NCBI GenBank assembly: GCA_034669905.1
Contig: JAXMOL010000023.1
Coordinates: forward strand, 32,001 to 96,000
From: Candidatus Hydrogenedentota bacterium
Lineage (GTDB): Bacteria > Hydrogenedentota > Hydrogenedentia > Hydrogenedentales > JAEUWI01
DNA: 64,000 bases
Reading direction: 5' to 3'
Shown: positions 8,412 through 19,589 of the stretch, in pieces
Numbering within the stretch: the first letter of the stretch is position 1
How the letters are laid out: the number at the start of each line of letters is the position of its first letter
Made by a program: the position numbers and the translations under genes
The notes under the pieces: model-generated
Told to the model about the DNA's origin: nothing
What the model saw: only the letters and a program-made list of their open reading frames with translations
Database searches by the model: none

Positions 8412-9328
8412 ACAACAACGCGGAAAGAATATCCATGGAAGATATCACCCTCTCGAAACGCCACTCACGCAGCCTCAGAATCGGACGAGCGTTGCTTATC
8501 TTCGGCGTCTCAGTCGCTTGTATGGGAACACCGAACGCCACGGCCTCTTCCGAAGAGAAAGACGCTCCAGAGAAACCACACCATGTCGCTACCGAGGGCA
8601 CCTGGACACCGTTATTCAACGGGGTAAATCTTGATAACTGGGATCGTGTAATCGGAAGGCAGGGACCCCTTCGCCTGAATGAGGACCCCGATCGGATATT
8701 CCAGGTCCATGACGGGATGGTGCACATGTACAAGGATACGGAAGACAAATCCGTGGTCCAATATGGATACATCCTGACCAAGAAAAGCTACTCTCACTAT
8801 CACCTCCGATTCGAATTCAAGTGGGGAACGAAGAAGTTTAAGCCACGCCTGGAAATGCCGCGAGATGCGGGCGTGCTCTATCACATTGCCGGGGACAAGG
8901 TGGTCTGGCCTCGGAGTCTCGAGCTTCAGGTGGAAGAAAAGGGTGTCGGTGATTTCCTCACGGTTTATGGTACCCAGGCCAAGACCACGGTTGACCCCGA
9001 ATCGATAGACAAACAACGGGTGGGAAACGCACGCTTCCGGGAACCTGCCCAGGGAGGCGTTCCGTTCGTGTCGGGTGGGCCGAACGTATACTGGGTCTAC
9101 CGCCATCCGGATGCGGAGCAGGAAGGATGGAACACGGTAGAATTAATTGTTCATGGTGCCGAGAGCGCCATACACAAGGTGAACGGCCAGGTTGTGAACC
9201 GCCTTACCGACCTGCGTCAACTCGGCGCGGACGGCAAGTCCTGGATACCGCTCGTGGAGGGAAAGATCCTCTTCCAGGCCGAAGCTGCGGAGGTTTTTTA
9301 CCGGAACATCGAGATAATGGAGTTGTAG
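8408..9328 (+). CDS. DUF1080 (3-keto-disaccharide hydrolase-like) secreted protein
   Basis: WTPLFNG.NLDNW, YHLRFEFKWG, RDAGVLYH, ELQV, WNTVE, LFQAE, FYRNI; start uncertain. Confidence 0.85.
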   Translation: MNNNAERISMEDITLSKRHSRSLRIGRALLIFGVSVACMGTPNATASSEEKDAPEKPHHVATEGTWTPLFNGVNLDNWDRVIGRQGPLRLNEDPDRIFQVHDGMVHMYKDTEDKSVVQYGYILTKKSYSHYHLRFEFKWGTKKFKPRLEMPRDAGVLYHIAGDKVVWPRSLELQVEEKGVGDFLTVYGTQAKTTVDPESIDKQRVGNARFREPAQGGVPFVSGGPNVYWVYRHPDAEQEGWNTVELIVHGAESAIHKVNGQVVNRLTDLRQLGADGKSWIPLVEGKILFQAEAAEVFYRNIEIMEL

Positions 9329-9439
9329 GCTTGCAGGGCCAATCCAGCCCTCCAACCCACGCCCAGGAAAAACTTCCCCGTGCAAAGTACAATGACGTGG
9401 GTGTTTGAAAAGGCCCGCCCCTCCAACGGAAAGGACGTT

Positions 9440-12400
9440 ATGAAACAGAGTCGCCCCAACGGCAGCATCATTGATGCCGTTATCCCGCGAGTAACCGGTG
9501 CAGGTTCTGCCTCGGCCCTGCGAATCTATGCCGTGTCCGCCCTCTTTCTGGGAATCGTTGTCGCCCAACTGACCCATGGCGCAGACAGCCCCCCCTTTGA
9601 AGCTGGGGCGAGTGCCGTTGATATTTCCCCGCCGAACTATCCCGTGCGGGTCAACGGAATGTTCAACGAGCGCAGTGCCGACAGCGCCTTGGATTCCCTC
9701 TATGCGCGGGCATTCGCCCTGAGCCAAGGTGATGAGCACATTCTCTTCTGCATTGTCGATACCTGCATGATGGAACAATCGCTCATCGACACGGCGAAAC
9801 AATCGGCGTCGAATGCGACGGGGATTGCACCTGACCGCATGATGGTATCGGCGACCCACACCCATAGCGCCCCCTCGGCCATGCAGTGCCTCGGTAGTCG
9901 GCAGGATCCGGACTACGCAGCGTGGCTACCAGGCAAGATCAGCGAGGCCCTGGTGGCCGCTGTTCAAAACCTGGAGGCGGCCCAAGTCGGCTGGGCGTCG
10001 GTGGATGACTGGGCGCACACCCACAACCGCCGTTGGATTCGGCGGGCGGACAAGACCTTCGATGACCCCTTCGGCAACCTGAACGTCCGCGCCCATATGC
10101 ACCCCGGCTACGAAAGTGGCGATGTCATTGGACCGTCGGGACCTGTGGACCCGGGATTGAGCTTGCTCGCGGCGCGCCGTCCGGATGGCACGCCCATTGC
10201 CTTACTCGCTAACTACTCCCAACATTACTACGGCTCCCCCCTCCTCTCCGCCGACTACTACGGTGCCTTTGCCCGCGACATGGCCCGGCGACTTGACCAA
10301 CCCTCCAGCGAGGGCCCCTTTGTGGCCATGATGTCCCAGGGGACCAGCGGGGATCTCATGTGGATGGACTATGGGGCACCCAAAAAGGATGGTAATTTCG
10401 AACAGTATGCCGAGGAAGTAGCTGCCCGTGCCATGGAAGCCTACCGCTCCATTTCCTGGAAAGACGACGTGCCCCTCGGGATGGTCGAAAAGACCTTGAC
10501 CTTGAAATGGCGCGTTCCCGATGCCGAGCGCCTTACGTGGGCCCAGAAACGAATCGAAGCCCTCGACGGGGCCCTGCCTGTCCAGCGCCCGGACATCTAC
10601 GCCCAGGAGGCCCTCTTTCTCCATGAGCGTCAGCAGACTGAACTGAAGGTGCAGGCCATCCGCATTGGCGATCTCAGTATTGCCACCCTGCCCAATGAGG
10701 TCTATGCGATCACTGGCCTCAAGCTGAAAGGCCAGTCGCCGTTGGACACCCATTTCAACATCGAGTTAGCCAATGGTTCGGTGGGGTACATACCACCACC
10801 CGAGCAACACGCGCTGGGCGGCTACACCACATGGCCAGCACGGACCGCCGGCCTGGAAGTTCAGGCCGAACCCATCATTGTCGAAACCCTGCTGCAGTCC
10901 CTGGAAGAAGTGACCGGCCAATCCCGTAGCCCCCTCGCACATAAACCGGGTGCCTACACCGAAGCCGTCCTGGCTCGGAATCCCCTGGCCTACTGGCGGC
11001 TCGACGAAATCGAGGGGCGGGTAGCCCACAACGCGGTGGATGGTGGCCCGGAGGGTGAACTTACTGGTGGCGTCGCCCTCTATCTCCCCGGCGCGGGCAG
11101 TGGCTCAGGCAGTGGCCCCCAGGAAGCACTCCGCCCCTCCGCTTTCTCCAGCCCGAATCAAATCAATCGGGCCATGCATTTCGTTTCGGATGGCCACTTA
11201 GCGGCAACCGGGACTGGCCTGAGCGAAGACTTCTCTATCGCATTCTGGTTCTGGTTGGGCGAACGCAGTGGCGTCAGTGCCCGTAGCGGCGACCTGCTCC
11301 AGCTCCCGAATGGCGAACGCGTACACTATTCCATGGACGAGACAGGCATCAGCCATCTTCTTTTATCGGGGGTAATTGACACCGCCCTTCCCACGCCCGG
11401 CCAAACGGCCCTCGCGCCCGGCACCTGGCACTTTGCCGTGCTCACCCAAAAGGATGAGACCCTGTCGCTCTTCGTCAATGGTGGGGATAATCCGGACGTA
11501 CCCGCCTTGACCATTGCCCCATTGGAAGGCGCCGACCTCCGTTTCGGCAATGGACTCGAAGGAAAACTCGATGAAATCGCTGTGTTCCCCGCCGCCCTGA
11601 GTAGGGAAGAACAAGGGGCGCTCTGGGAAGCATCGGGCATGGACGAGATGCAACGGCAAGCCCGTGCCCGTGCCCGCAAGGCCGACGAAGCATTGGCGGC
11701 ACTTTCCGCCCCTCCCCAATTCCCCGACACCTATTCGAAACGCATCACCGACCTGAAGCCCCGTATCTACGCCCCGCTGAACGGGCCCGCCACGGAACTC
11801 GTTCCCGAGGGGAGCACCAGGCTCAGTGCGACTGGCTATGCGGCCATTCAGGCAGGCCGCATCCGCAGCAGTGCCCCCGAGCTCGGTGAAACCTACAGTG
11901 TGGCCTTCTGGTTCAAGAACACCATCGATAACGCCCTGCGTCCCGTGACTGCCTACCTCTTTTCTCGCGGCCCCCAAGGTGACGCCGAGGCACCTGGTGA
12001 CCACCTGGGAATCGGTGGTCACCACCGGGACCAGTCAGGACATCTCATCCTCTTCAACGGAAACGACAAGGGCGACGTAACGGTCGGCACCACGACGATT
12101 CCGCCCAACACCTGGAATCATGTGGTCTTGGTACGGGACGGAAGGAAAATCCGGGCCTGGCTGAACGGTGTGCCGGAACTCGAAGGGGAAATTGAAGCTA
12201 CTGCAGCGGACAGCGCCGACATATTCCTAGGCGCCCGCAGTGATAAATTCGCTCCCCTCGTGGGCTATATGGCCGAGTTTTCCCTCTTCGATCGGGCCCT
12301 GACGCCGGACGAAGCCCTGGTACTCCACGAAGCCTCTGGACAGCCCATGGGCGCGATTGGCTCCGAAGCGAGCACCCAGACAGCCCAACTCTCCGCCCCA

Positions 12401-15223
12401 CCCCTCGCACCGGATGAAGCACGTAAGGCCATCCACGTACCTGAAGGGTTCACCGTCGATCTGGTGGCTTCCGAGCCCCAACTCCTCGACCCCGTGGCCT
12501 TTGACTGGGATGCGGACGGCAGGCTCTGGGTGGTCGAAATGGCGGACTATCCCCTCGGCCTCGATGACACGGGGGCCGCTGGTGGAAGGGTCCGGGTGTT
12601 GGAAGATAAGGACCAGGATGGCACCTATGAATCCAGCGCGCTATTCGCCGAAGGCCTCAACTTTCCCACCGGCATATTGACCTGGCGCGATGGCGTGATC
12701 GTCACCGCTGCACCGGACGTCTTGCTCCTGCGTGACACCACGGGTGACGGCCGGGCCGATGTACGGGAAGTCCTCCTCACCGGTTTGAGTGAAGGCAACC
12801 AGCAATTGCGGGCCAATGGCCTTCGCTGGGGCTTGGACAACTGGGTCTATGTGGCGGCGGGGGGCCACCATGGCAAGTATGCCCTCGAGACCAAGTTGCG
12901 CTCGACACGAGCGGGCACGGACACGCAAATCGGCAGCCGGGACTTTCGCTTTAACCCCGACACCGGTGTCGTCGAACCCCAAAGCGGTCCCACCCAATTT
13001 GGCCGAAACCGGGATGACTGGGGCCACTGGTTTGGCACACAGAATTCTCGCCCGCTGTGGCACTACGCCCTGCCCGACCACTACCTGCAACGCAATCCCT
13101 ATTATGCGGCCCCCGATGGGCAGGTTCAGGTACTCGGGGAAGTGGGCGCCCCGGTGTACCCCGCCAGTGCGCTCCAAAAACGCTTTCACGACTTCAAGGC
13201 TTCCGGGCGCTTTACCTCGGCGTGCAGTGGCATGATCTATCGGGATGGTCTGCTCTTCCCCGCCGAGGAGATGAACGGCTTCGCCTGCGAACCCTTCCAC
13301 AATCTGGTACAGCGCATTGCTCTGGAGCCGGAAGGTGTAACCTTTCGCGGAACGCGGGCGGGCCTCCCGGATGGGCCGGATTTCTTCGCCAGTGAAGACC
13401 GCTGGTGTCGCCCGGTCATGGTGCGGACCGGGCCCGATGGTGGCCTGTGGGTGGCAGACATGTATCGCTATATGATCGAGCACCCCCAGTGGCTCCCCGA
13501 GGAGGGCAAGGCGGAACTCCTGCCCTTTTACCGCGAGGGAGAGGATAAAGGGCGAATCTATCGCGTGCGGCCTGAGGGGAAAGCCCCCCGTCCCATACCG
13601 GTCCTGGCGGACATGGACAATCGCGCCCTGGCCTTACAGCTGGCCTCGCACAATGGCTGGGTCCGTGATAAGGCACAGCAACTCTTGCTCTGGCGCGATG
13701 GACAGGATGCCGCACCCACCCTGGAACACGTGCTTTCCGAGTCGGGTCCCCGGGGCCAGGTGCACGCACTAAGTACCCTGGATGGATTGGGACTCCTGAA
13801 ACCGGAACACCTGGTTCCTGCCCTTTCCAAGGCGAATCACCCGGGTGTGCTGGAGAACGCGTTGCGTCTTGCCGAACGCCATGCCACGCCGCAGGTCGTT
13901 TCGGCCGCATGCGCGCTGGTAGACAGTCCCGACCCGAAAGTGCGGCAACAGCTCGCCTTCAGCCTCGGGGCATTCCCGCCCACGCCGGAAATCGCCGATG
14001 CCCTCGCCGATCTCCTGCTCCAGGATCACGATGACGCCTTCCTGCAGGCCGCCGCCCTGTCTTCGGCACTCCCCCACCAGGAAGCGCTCATTGCCACGTT
14101 GGTCACCCGGAATGACGCGGCGCTTCCCGCCATTCGCCAGGTATTGGCGGAAATGGCCCTGGCCGCCGACAACACCAACGCCCTGACGGCCCTGTTGGCG
14201 CCCCTCTTGCAAACGGCCCAGTCCGACCTGAGCCAACCCAACGTGGATGCTACCGTCGCACTCCTGGACCTCGTGGAACAACGGGGAAAAAGCCTGGAAG
14301 CCATTTCGACTGAATTGGCAGAACACTACGCCGCACTACGTCAAGGGGCACGGGCAGCGATGGGCGACGTCGACACGGCGGCCTCCACCCGCATCGCCGC
14401 CGCAACGGTGCTCTCCCGCCTTCCAACCGACCAGGAAGTGGTTGTGGACTACCTTGCGACCCAACTGGATATTCAGGGCAGCCCCGAGAATCTTCGCCAC
14501 AGTCTCACCGCCCTGGCCCGTACCAATGATGCCCGTGTTCCCGGACTGCTCATTGGTGCCTGGCCACGCCTCCTTCCGCAGGCACGGGAACAGGTCGTGG
14601 ACATCCTCCTCGCCCGCCGCGCCTGGACCTCGGAGCTCCTTCAAGGACTGGACAAAAACCATATTCGAATGACCGACCTGGCACCCGTGCGGCGCACCCA
14701 CCTGCTCAATCACCCCGATGATGACCTGCAAAACCGCGCCAAAGCGCTCTTCGCCCGGCAAAACAATCCGGAACGTGCGGCCGTTATCGCCGCCTACCAA
14801 CCGGCCCTGACCCTCCCGGGTGAGCCGACTCGGGGCCGCGCGCTTTATGCGGAATCCTGTGCCCCCTGCCATGCCCTCGCCGGTATGGGACTCGCCATTG
14901 GGCCGGACTTGCGTACCGTGGCTTCCCACCCGAAAGAGAAGCTGCTGGCCAACATCCTCGACCCCAATCTCGATATCCAGCCTGGTTATCATGCCTACTA
15001 TTGCGAGCTGGAAGATGGCGAGAACCTCTTTGGCCTCATCGCCTCGGAAAACGCCACCAGCATCACCATGAAATTGCCGGGGGCCATCGTGCGCACCATC
15101 CTTCGCAGTGACATCTATCTGCTTGAGAGCACTTCCATCTCCATGATGCCCGACGGCTGGGAAGCCACCATGACCCCCGAAGACGTGGCCGACCTCATCG
15201 CCTTCCTGCAATCACCCGGCTGA
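9440..15223 (+). CDS. Multidomain protein: ceramidase-like hydrolase + two LamG-like domains + PVC-type membrane-bound dehydrogenase with HEAT repeats and c-type heme domain
   Basis: SATHTHSAP and ELANG..GYIP; AYWRLDE, WHFAV, WNHVV (LamG); VASEP..DPVAFDWDADGRLWVVEM, RPV..GPDG.L..DMYR..IEHP; CAPCH..IGPDL. Confidence 0.85.
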   Translation: MKQSRPNGSIIDAVIPRVTGAGSASALRIYAVSALFLGIVVAQLTHGADSPPFEAGASAVDISPPNYPVRVNGMFNERSADSALDSLYARAFALSQGDEHILFCIVDTCMMEQSLIDTAKQSASNATGIAPDRMMVSATHTHSAPSAMQCLGSRQDPDYAAWLPGKISEALVAAVQNLEAAQVGWASVDDWAHTHNRRWIRRADKTFDDPFGNLNVRAHMHPGYESGDVIGPSGPVDPGLSLLAARRPDGTPIALLANYSQHYYGSPLLSADYYGAFARDMARRLDQPSSEGPFVAMMSQGTSGDLMWMDYGAPKKDGNFEQYAEEVAARAMEAYRSISWKDDVPLGMVEKTLTLKWRVPDAERLTWAQKRIEALDGALPVQRPDIYAQEALFLHERQQTELKVQAIRIGDLSIATLPNEVYAITGLKLKGQSPLDTHFNIELANGSVGYIPPPEQHALGGYTTWPARTAGLEVQAEPIIVETLLQSLEEVTGQSRSPLAHKPGAYTEAVLARNPLAYWRLDEIEGRVAHNAVDGGPEGELTGGVALYLPGAGSGSGSGPQEALRPSAFSSPNQINRAMHFVSDGHLAATGTGLSEDFSIAFWFWLGERSGVSARSGDLLQLPNGERVHYSMDETGISHLLLSGVIDTALPTPGQTALAPGTWHFAVLTQKDETLSLFVNGGDNPDVPALTIAPLEGADLRFGNGLEGKLDEIAVFPAALSREEQGALWEASGMDEMQRQARARARKADEALAALSAPPQFPDTYSKRITDLKPRIYAPLNGPATELVPEGSTRLSATGYAAIQAGRIRSSAPELGETYSVAFWFKNTIDNALRPVTAYLFSRGPQGDAEAPGDHLGIGGHHRDQSGHLILFNGNDKGDVTVGTTTIPPNTWNHVVLVRDGRKIRAWLNGVPELEGEIEATAADSADIFLGARSDKFAPLVGYMAEFSLFDRALTPDEALVLHEASGQPMGAIGSEASTQTAQLSAPPLAPDEARKAIHVPEGFTVDLVASEPQLLDPVAFDWDADGRLWVVEMADYPLGLDDTGAAGGRVRVLEDKDQDGTYESSALFAEGLNFPTGILTWRDGVIVTAAPDVLLLRDTTGDGRADVREVLLTGLSEGNQQLRANGLRWGLDNWVYVAAGGHHGKYALETKLRSTRAGTDTQIGSRDFRFNPDTGVVEPQSGPTQFGRNRDDWGHWFGTQNSRPLWHYALPDHYLQRNPYYAAPDGQVQVLGEVGAPVYPASALQKRFHDFKASGRFTSACSGMIYRDGLLFPAEEMNGFACEPFHNLVQRIALEPEGVTFRGTRAGLPDGPDFFASEDRWCRPVMVRTGPDGGLWVADMYRYMIEHPQWLPEEGKAELLPFYREGEDKGRIYRVRPEGKAPRPIPVLADMDNRALALQLASHNGWVRDKAQQLLLWRDGQDAAPTLEHVLSESGPRGQVHALSTLDGLGLLKPEHLVPALSKANHPGVLENALRLAERHATPQVVSAACALVDSPDPKVRQQLAFSLGAFPPTPEIADALADLLLQDHDDAFLQAAALSSALPHQEALIATLVTRNDAALPAIRQVLAEMALAADNTNALTALLAPLLQTAQSDLSQPNVDATVALLDLVEQRGKSLEAISTELAEHYAALRQGARAAMGDVDTAASTRIAAATVLSRLPTDQEVVVDYLATQLDIQGSPENLRHSLTALARTNDARVPGLLIGAWPRLLPQAREQVVDILLARRAWTSELLQGLDKNHIRMTDLAPVRRTHLLNHPDDDLQNRAKALFARQNNPERAAVIAAYQPALTLPGEPTRGRALYAESCAPCHALAGMGLAIGPDLRTVASHPKEKLLANILDPNLDIQPGYHAYYCELEDGENLFGLIASENATSITMKLPGAIVRTILRSDIYLLESTSISMMPDGWEATMTPEDVADLIAFLQSPG

Positions 15224-15351
15224 GGCACGTCCTTGCGTTAAGCCCCAAACCTATGAGAAGCGCGGCGACCGACTCCGTGTGGAGAACCGGTCGCCGCGCG
15301 TTATATCTCGCACGACAGGCTTGTCCGGCGCAGCACAAGCACGCCCTTCTG

Positions 15352-16614
15352 TTACAGGTCCAGCGTGGTAACGGAAATCTCCCAGGATACAAATTCAATA
15401 CCCTGGTCCACTACGACATAATAGGTTCCGGGACGGTCGAAAATGCGCGCGCGCATGCCAAGAAAATCGCCGTCCGATATACGGGTAAAGGGCGTATCGG
15501 TTTCGGCGTCATAGAGGGTCACGGAAAACCCACTCGGCGTTCGGGGGGCTGCAATACGGCATTCCAGACGCCACAGCCCACGCCCCACAATAAACTCCGG
15601 AGAGCGGCGTTCACCGGTTCCGGACCACTCCGCAATCGGCGTTGGGAGGACCTGGGGCCGGTAGCCGGTAGCATCGGCTTCCTTCAGGGCAGCGACCCGG
15701 GCCTGCCAGGCACTGTAGCGCATGTTTTCGTCGTGCGCCTTGGAAAGGGCCGCCCGGGCGTCCCGCTCCCGTTGAGAGATGGCTTTCTCCACAGACTCCA
15801 ACTCTTTGGCATGGGCCTTCATGCGGGCGCGATAATCCTCTTCGGCCTCGCCGATGCGCCGCTCGGTGCGACTGCGCTCGGCCAATGCCGCATCATAGAG
15901 GGAGGGGTCTTCCGTGTACCACCAGGTCGGCACGGCACGTAGCCGATCGTGCTCGTCATAGTAGTAGTGATACACCGGCCCCACGTAGCCCTTGGAGTTT
16001 TCATAGGCATCCAGATAAAAATTCGAGGCATCTTCGGCCTGGGCCTGCTCCACGGCCGCCTCCCGCGCATATCCCGCGGAAATCAGCCTGTCCTGCACCA
16101 CCCCCTTGGTAGAATCCAGGGTTTCCAACTGGTCCACCGCCTGGGCGTGATCGGCGACCCGTAGTTCCGTGCGCTGCTCCAGGGTCTCCCCCAGGCCCCG
16201 CTCAATCCACTGTTGTCGTTCAGGGGAAAGGCTCTGCCAGTGGGCCAATTGAGATTCAAAGAGGGCGAGGCTCTCCAACTGACGTTGCTTTTTCAGCAGG
16301 TCGCCATCTACCCGAGGTGCCGTGGACACCTTTGCCTGCTCCGCCGCCCGTGCCGAATCTCGCGCCGCCCGATACCGCTCCAGAATGGCCTCCCGCCGGG
16401 TACTGTCCGGCAAAATCACCACATCCGTAACATTACGTCGTCGACGGCTGATCTTTTCCAACTCCCCGGAATCGGGGTGATGTACGTAATAGTAGTCCTG
16501 GCTTGTCCGAATGTACACATCCCGATACCAGACATCACCCATACGCAAAGAATCTGCTGCCGCCATCCCCGCCATCACCGTGAACGCTACCATGAGGTAC
16601 AATGGCCTGACCAT
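15352..16614 (-). CDS. Secreted coiled-coil hypothetical protein
   Basis: Signal peptide, long helical middle, C-terminal beta-rich domain (WSGTG..SPEF..WRL). Confidence 0.7.
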   Translation of the reverse strand: MVRPLYLMVAFTVMAGMAAADSLRMGDVWYRDVYIRTSQDYYYVHHPDSGELEKISRRRRNVTDVVILPDSTRREAILERYRAARDSARAAEQAKVSTAPRVDGDLLKKQRQLESLALFESQLAHWQSLSPERQQWIERGLGETLEQRTELRVADHAQAVDQLETLDSTKGVVQDRLISAGYAREAAVEQAQAEDASNFYLDAYENSKGYVGPVYHYYYDEHDRLRAVPTWWYTEDPSLYDAALAERSRTERRIGEAEEDYRARMKAHAKELESVEKAISQRERDARAALSKAHDENMRYSAWQARVAALKEADATGYRPQVLPTPIAEWSGTGERRSPEFIVGRGLWRLECRIAAPRTPSGFSVTLYDAETDTPFTRISDGDFLGMRARIFDRPGTYYVVVDQGIEFVSWEISVTTLDL

Positions 16615-16926
16615 GTCGCCATCCTTTCGGTTGGATTACTCGACGGAACGCGCACTCCTCCCTTTAACTATTAAACGCCTCCCGCATAGGTATATTCAAG
16701 AGGCTTGAAAAATTGTGTACATCCCCCACTTTGACCGCATTATGTAAACGCCGGGCTAAAAGGGCAGCGGGTGGCGGCGCAAAAGTAAAGCATCGATAAC
16801 ACCGTGTAAAAACGACAACGATGGTGCGCTATGACGAAAACAAAACATAGGCGTGATAGAATCCCCCAGGCGGCAAGTGGAATCATAGCCATGCGCCACG
16901 GCGTCATCGACATAAGGATAAATTTC

Positions 16927-18687
16927 ATGGCCCTGAGAGTCTTTTCCCTTTTACTCGCCCTTTTCGCGATCCTTTCCGGAATCGCTCACGGAGAGACCGC
17001 CCCAACGAACGAAACGGCGCCCCCCTTTCACCTGGAGGTGTTGGTGGATTTTGTCGACGATGCCCTCGTGACCGAATTCACGCCGGATCACATCGACCAA
17101 ATGATGGCGACGTTGAAATCGCTCGGCGTCACTCGGGTAAGCTGGGCCTATTATGGCGACGGCCACGGGGGCTTCTTCATGCCATCCGGGCTGGACAAAC
17201 GGTGGCAAAACCTGGCGAATACCTACCAGAATCTGGGCAACCCCCTGCGGGTTGCGACGGAAGCGGCGCACCGCCACGGACTGGAACTTTATGCCTACTA
17301 CAAGCCCTACGAAACGGGCCCGGCGATCGCCCTCCCGGAAGGCACGCCCGAGGCCCGAGCCTTTGGCCGTATCCGCCAGCAGGGTGCCTGGCTGACCTGG
17401 TTCGACCCCTTCGTCGTCGAGAATCCCGATCTCCGTATCAAACGTTTGCCCGGTCTTCCGAATGCAACAGATAACGCGGTGCCCATTTGCGCCCTCAAGC
17501 TCGTCAAGCAGGACGACAGCCCGACGCGAATCACAGCGGAACACCTTCAGATCTGGGCGAGCGACGACAACTACCAATATAAGCCCCTAGAGGTTGATTT
17601 CACGGTAAGTGAAGCCGTGGAGCCCTCGCCGAAGGAAGTCCGCGACCGGGACGGCAAGCTCCTGACGAAAACGGGCGATCCGGTACGCACCCTGACCTTG
17701 TCCGGTTTTGCCCTCACCAATAAATACGTTCTGGTGACCACCGATTTCACGGAGGGACCGGCGGACTTCGAGAATGCCGGCACGGATATTCTCACCGCGC
17801 TAGACAGCGAGGGCAGCGAAATACCCGGTGTCTTCTATAACGGTGCCATGATTTATATGCGGGACAAGATAGATTTTCGAAACTGGGGGCTCCTTTTCGA
17901 TTGCGGCTATGGGCGCGGCATGACCCAGCTGGACCTACCCAACACATCGGGAAAACAGGGCGTGGTGGCCTTTGCCCGGGGGCGGAATGAATACCTTCCC
18001 GGGGCCTTGTGTGAAACCGAGCCCGCCGTGCGCGCTTACTGGCTGGACTGTATCCAGGAGATGTTGGATGCGGGTGTGGACGGCGTAGACCTCCGCGTGG
18101 AGAACCACGGCACCCACACGGATTACCCCGAGGAATATGGCGGTAACGAGGTAATACTCAAGGCCTGCGAGGCACGGGGCGGCGTTACGCCGGAAAATAT
18201 CGCTGCCGTGCGGGGCGAAGCCTACACGGCCTTTCTCCGCGACGCGAAGGGGCTCTTGGGAAAACATAATCGGCCCCTCCGCGTAAATCTGAATTTCGAT
18301 TGGTTCCGGTCCGACCCACCCGCCAACCGCAAGCTCGCCTACCCCATGAATATGGATTTCCCCTGGCGCGAATGGATCGATGCCGGTCTTATGGACGCGG
18401 CCATTCTCCGCTTCTATCGCCTCCCCTTCGATGCCATCTTTGACGATGCCGTGGCGCTGGAAATGACCGCCAAGTGCAATGCCGCCGGCATACCCATCAC
18501 CGTAAACCGCTACCTCAAGCCGACCATGCCCGAGGAATTTGAGCGTGTTCGGGATGATGGACGTTTCGCCGGATATGTCCTGTATGAGGCCGCCAGCTTT
18601 ATTACCTATGACGCCGAAGAGCAGTGTTTGGTAAAGCAAGATATGGTGAAGGAACTTGGGAAGCGGGTGACAGGGAAACAGGACTGA
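16927..18687 (+). CDS. Secreted glycoside-hydrolase-like TIM-barrel protein
   Basis: Signal peptide; AAHRHGLELYAY, EPAVRAYW, GVDGVDLR, WREWIDAGLMD. Confidence 0.6.
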   Translation: MALRVFSLLLALFAILSGIAHGETAPTNETAPPFHLEVLVDFVDDALVTEFTPDHIDQMMATLKSLGVTRVSWAYYGDGHGGFFMPSGLDKRWQNLANTYQNLGNPLRVATEAAHRHGLELYAYYKPYETGPAIALPEGTPEARAFGRIRQQGAWLTWFDPFVVENPDLRIKRLPGLPNATDNAVPICALKLVKQDDSPTRITAEHLQIWASDDNYQYKPLEVDFTVSEAVEPSPKEVRDRDGKLLTKTGDPVRTLTLSGFALTNKYVLVTTDFTEGPADFENAGTDILTALDSEGSEIPGVFYNGAMIYMRDKIDFRNWGLLFDCGYGRGMTQLDLPNTSGKQGVVAFARGRNEYLPGALCETEPAVRAYWLDCIQEMLDAGVDGVDLRVENHGTHTDYPEEYGGNEVILKACEARGGVTPENIAAVRGEAYTAFLRDAKGLLGKHNRPLRVNLNFDWFRSDPPANRKLAYPMNMDFPWREWIDAGLMDAAILRFYRLPFDAIFDDAVALEMTAKCNAAGIPITVNRYLKPTMPEEFERVRDDGRFAGYVLYEAASFITYDAEEQCLVKQDMVKELGKRVTGKQD

Positions 18688-18689
18688 AC

Positions 18690-19589
18690 TCAAGTCCGCC
18701 AGGCCAGCGTCTTCCCTTCCCCGTTCCACGGGTGGTCCGGGTCGTTGGTCTTCGTGGTCAGCGTCATCCCTTCCGCCGTCAAACGCGCCTCCGTCCACCC
18801 CGTGGTCGACAACTTGGGGTCGGCTACGTAGGAGGTCGCAGGCATATTGAGGATATGGATGCCCTCGTGTTCGAAGAAGTTACGGTCATGGATGTGGCCG
18901 TGGATATAGGCCTTCACCTGCTTGCGGGAGGCGAGGATTTCCCAGAGTTCCGCCGAATCGGTGAGTCCACCGGGAAAGTGGACTGGGTCGCCCCCCAGGC
19001 GCGGATTGTGGTGGGCCATGATAATCGCCACTTTGTCTGGGCGCGCGTCCAGGGCCTCCGCCAGCCACATTCGTTGCGCCTCTCCCAGGGTGCCCGACGT
19101 CACCATGGTTTCGTACAACGAATCGAGGAGGAAAAAGTTGGCAAAGCGCGTTTCCACCACGGAAATATGGCGCGATTCTACCGCGGCGCTTTCGGGGCGC
19201 TCTTCCGACAGTACCTTGTAGAAAACTTCGCGATTATCATGGTTGCCGAGGGTGAGGTGTACATCCAATCCGGCTTCCCGCAAGGGTGCGATGAGCGTCG
19301 CGAAGTGGCGGTAGTCCCCCGGCTGCCCATCGGTCAGCGCCAAATCCCCGTTAATCAAGACACACGCGGGCTTTTGCTTCAGGCCCACCAGCTCCTCCAC
19401 CACCTGCCGTAAATGGCTCGACACCGGGGAATCGGGCGCGTGCGTCTCAGCGATGTGGGTGTCGTTCAGCAAGTAGACCAAGTCACCATCGACCTCGTTG
19501 CCGAAGGACTCCGTGGCGCAGGCAACGAGCCCCGCACCCACGGTGAAGAGAAACTGGCGTCGGTTTGGTGCGGGAAGATGGATAGGCAT
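18690..19589 (-). CDS. Tat-exported calcineurin-like metallophosphoesterase
   Basis: NRRQFL; DTH, NGD, GNHD, HH, GHIH motifs. Confidence 0.9.
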   Translation of the reverse strand: MPIHLPAPNRRQFLFTVGAGLVACATESFGNEVDGDLVYLLNDTHIAETHAPDSPVSSHLRQVVEELVGLKQKPACVLINGDLALTDGQPGDYRHFATLIAPLREAGLDVHLTLGNHDNREVFYKVLSEERPESAAVESRHISVVETRFANFFLLDSLYETMVTSGTLGEAQRMWLAEALDARPDKVAIIMAHHNPRLGGDPVHFPGGLTDSAELWEILASRKQVKAYIHGHIHDRNFFEHEGIHILNMPATSYVADPKLSTTGWTEARLTAEGMTLTTKTNDPDHPWNGEGKTLAWRT

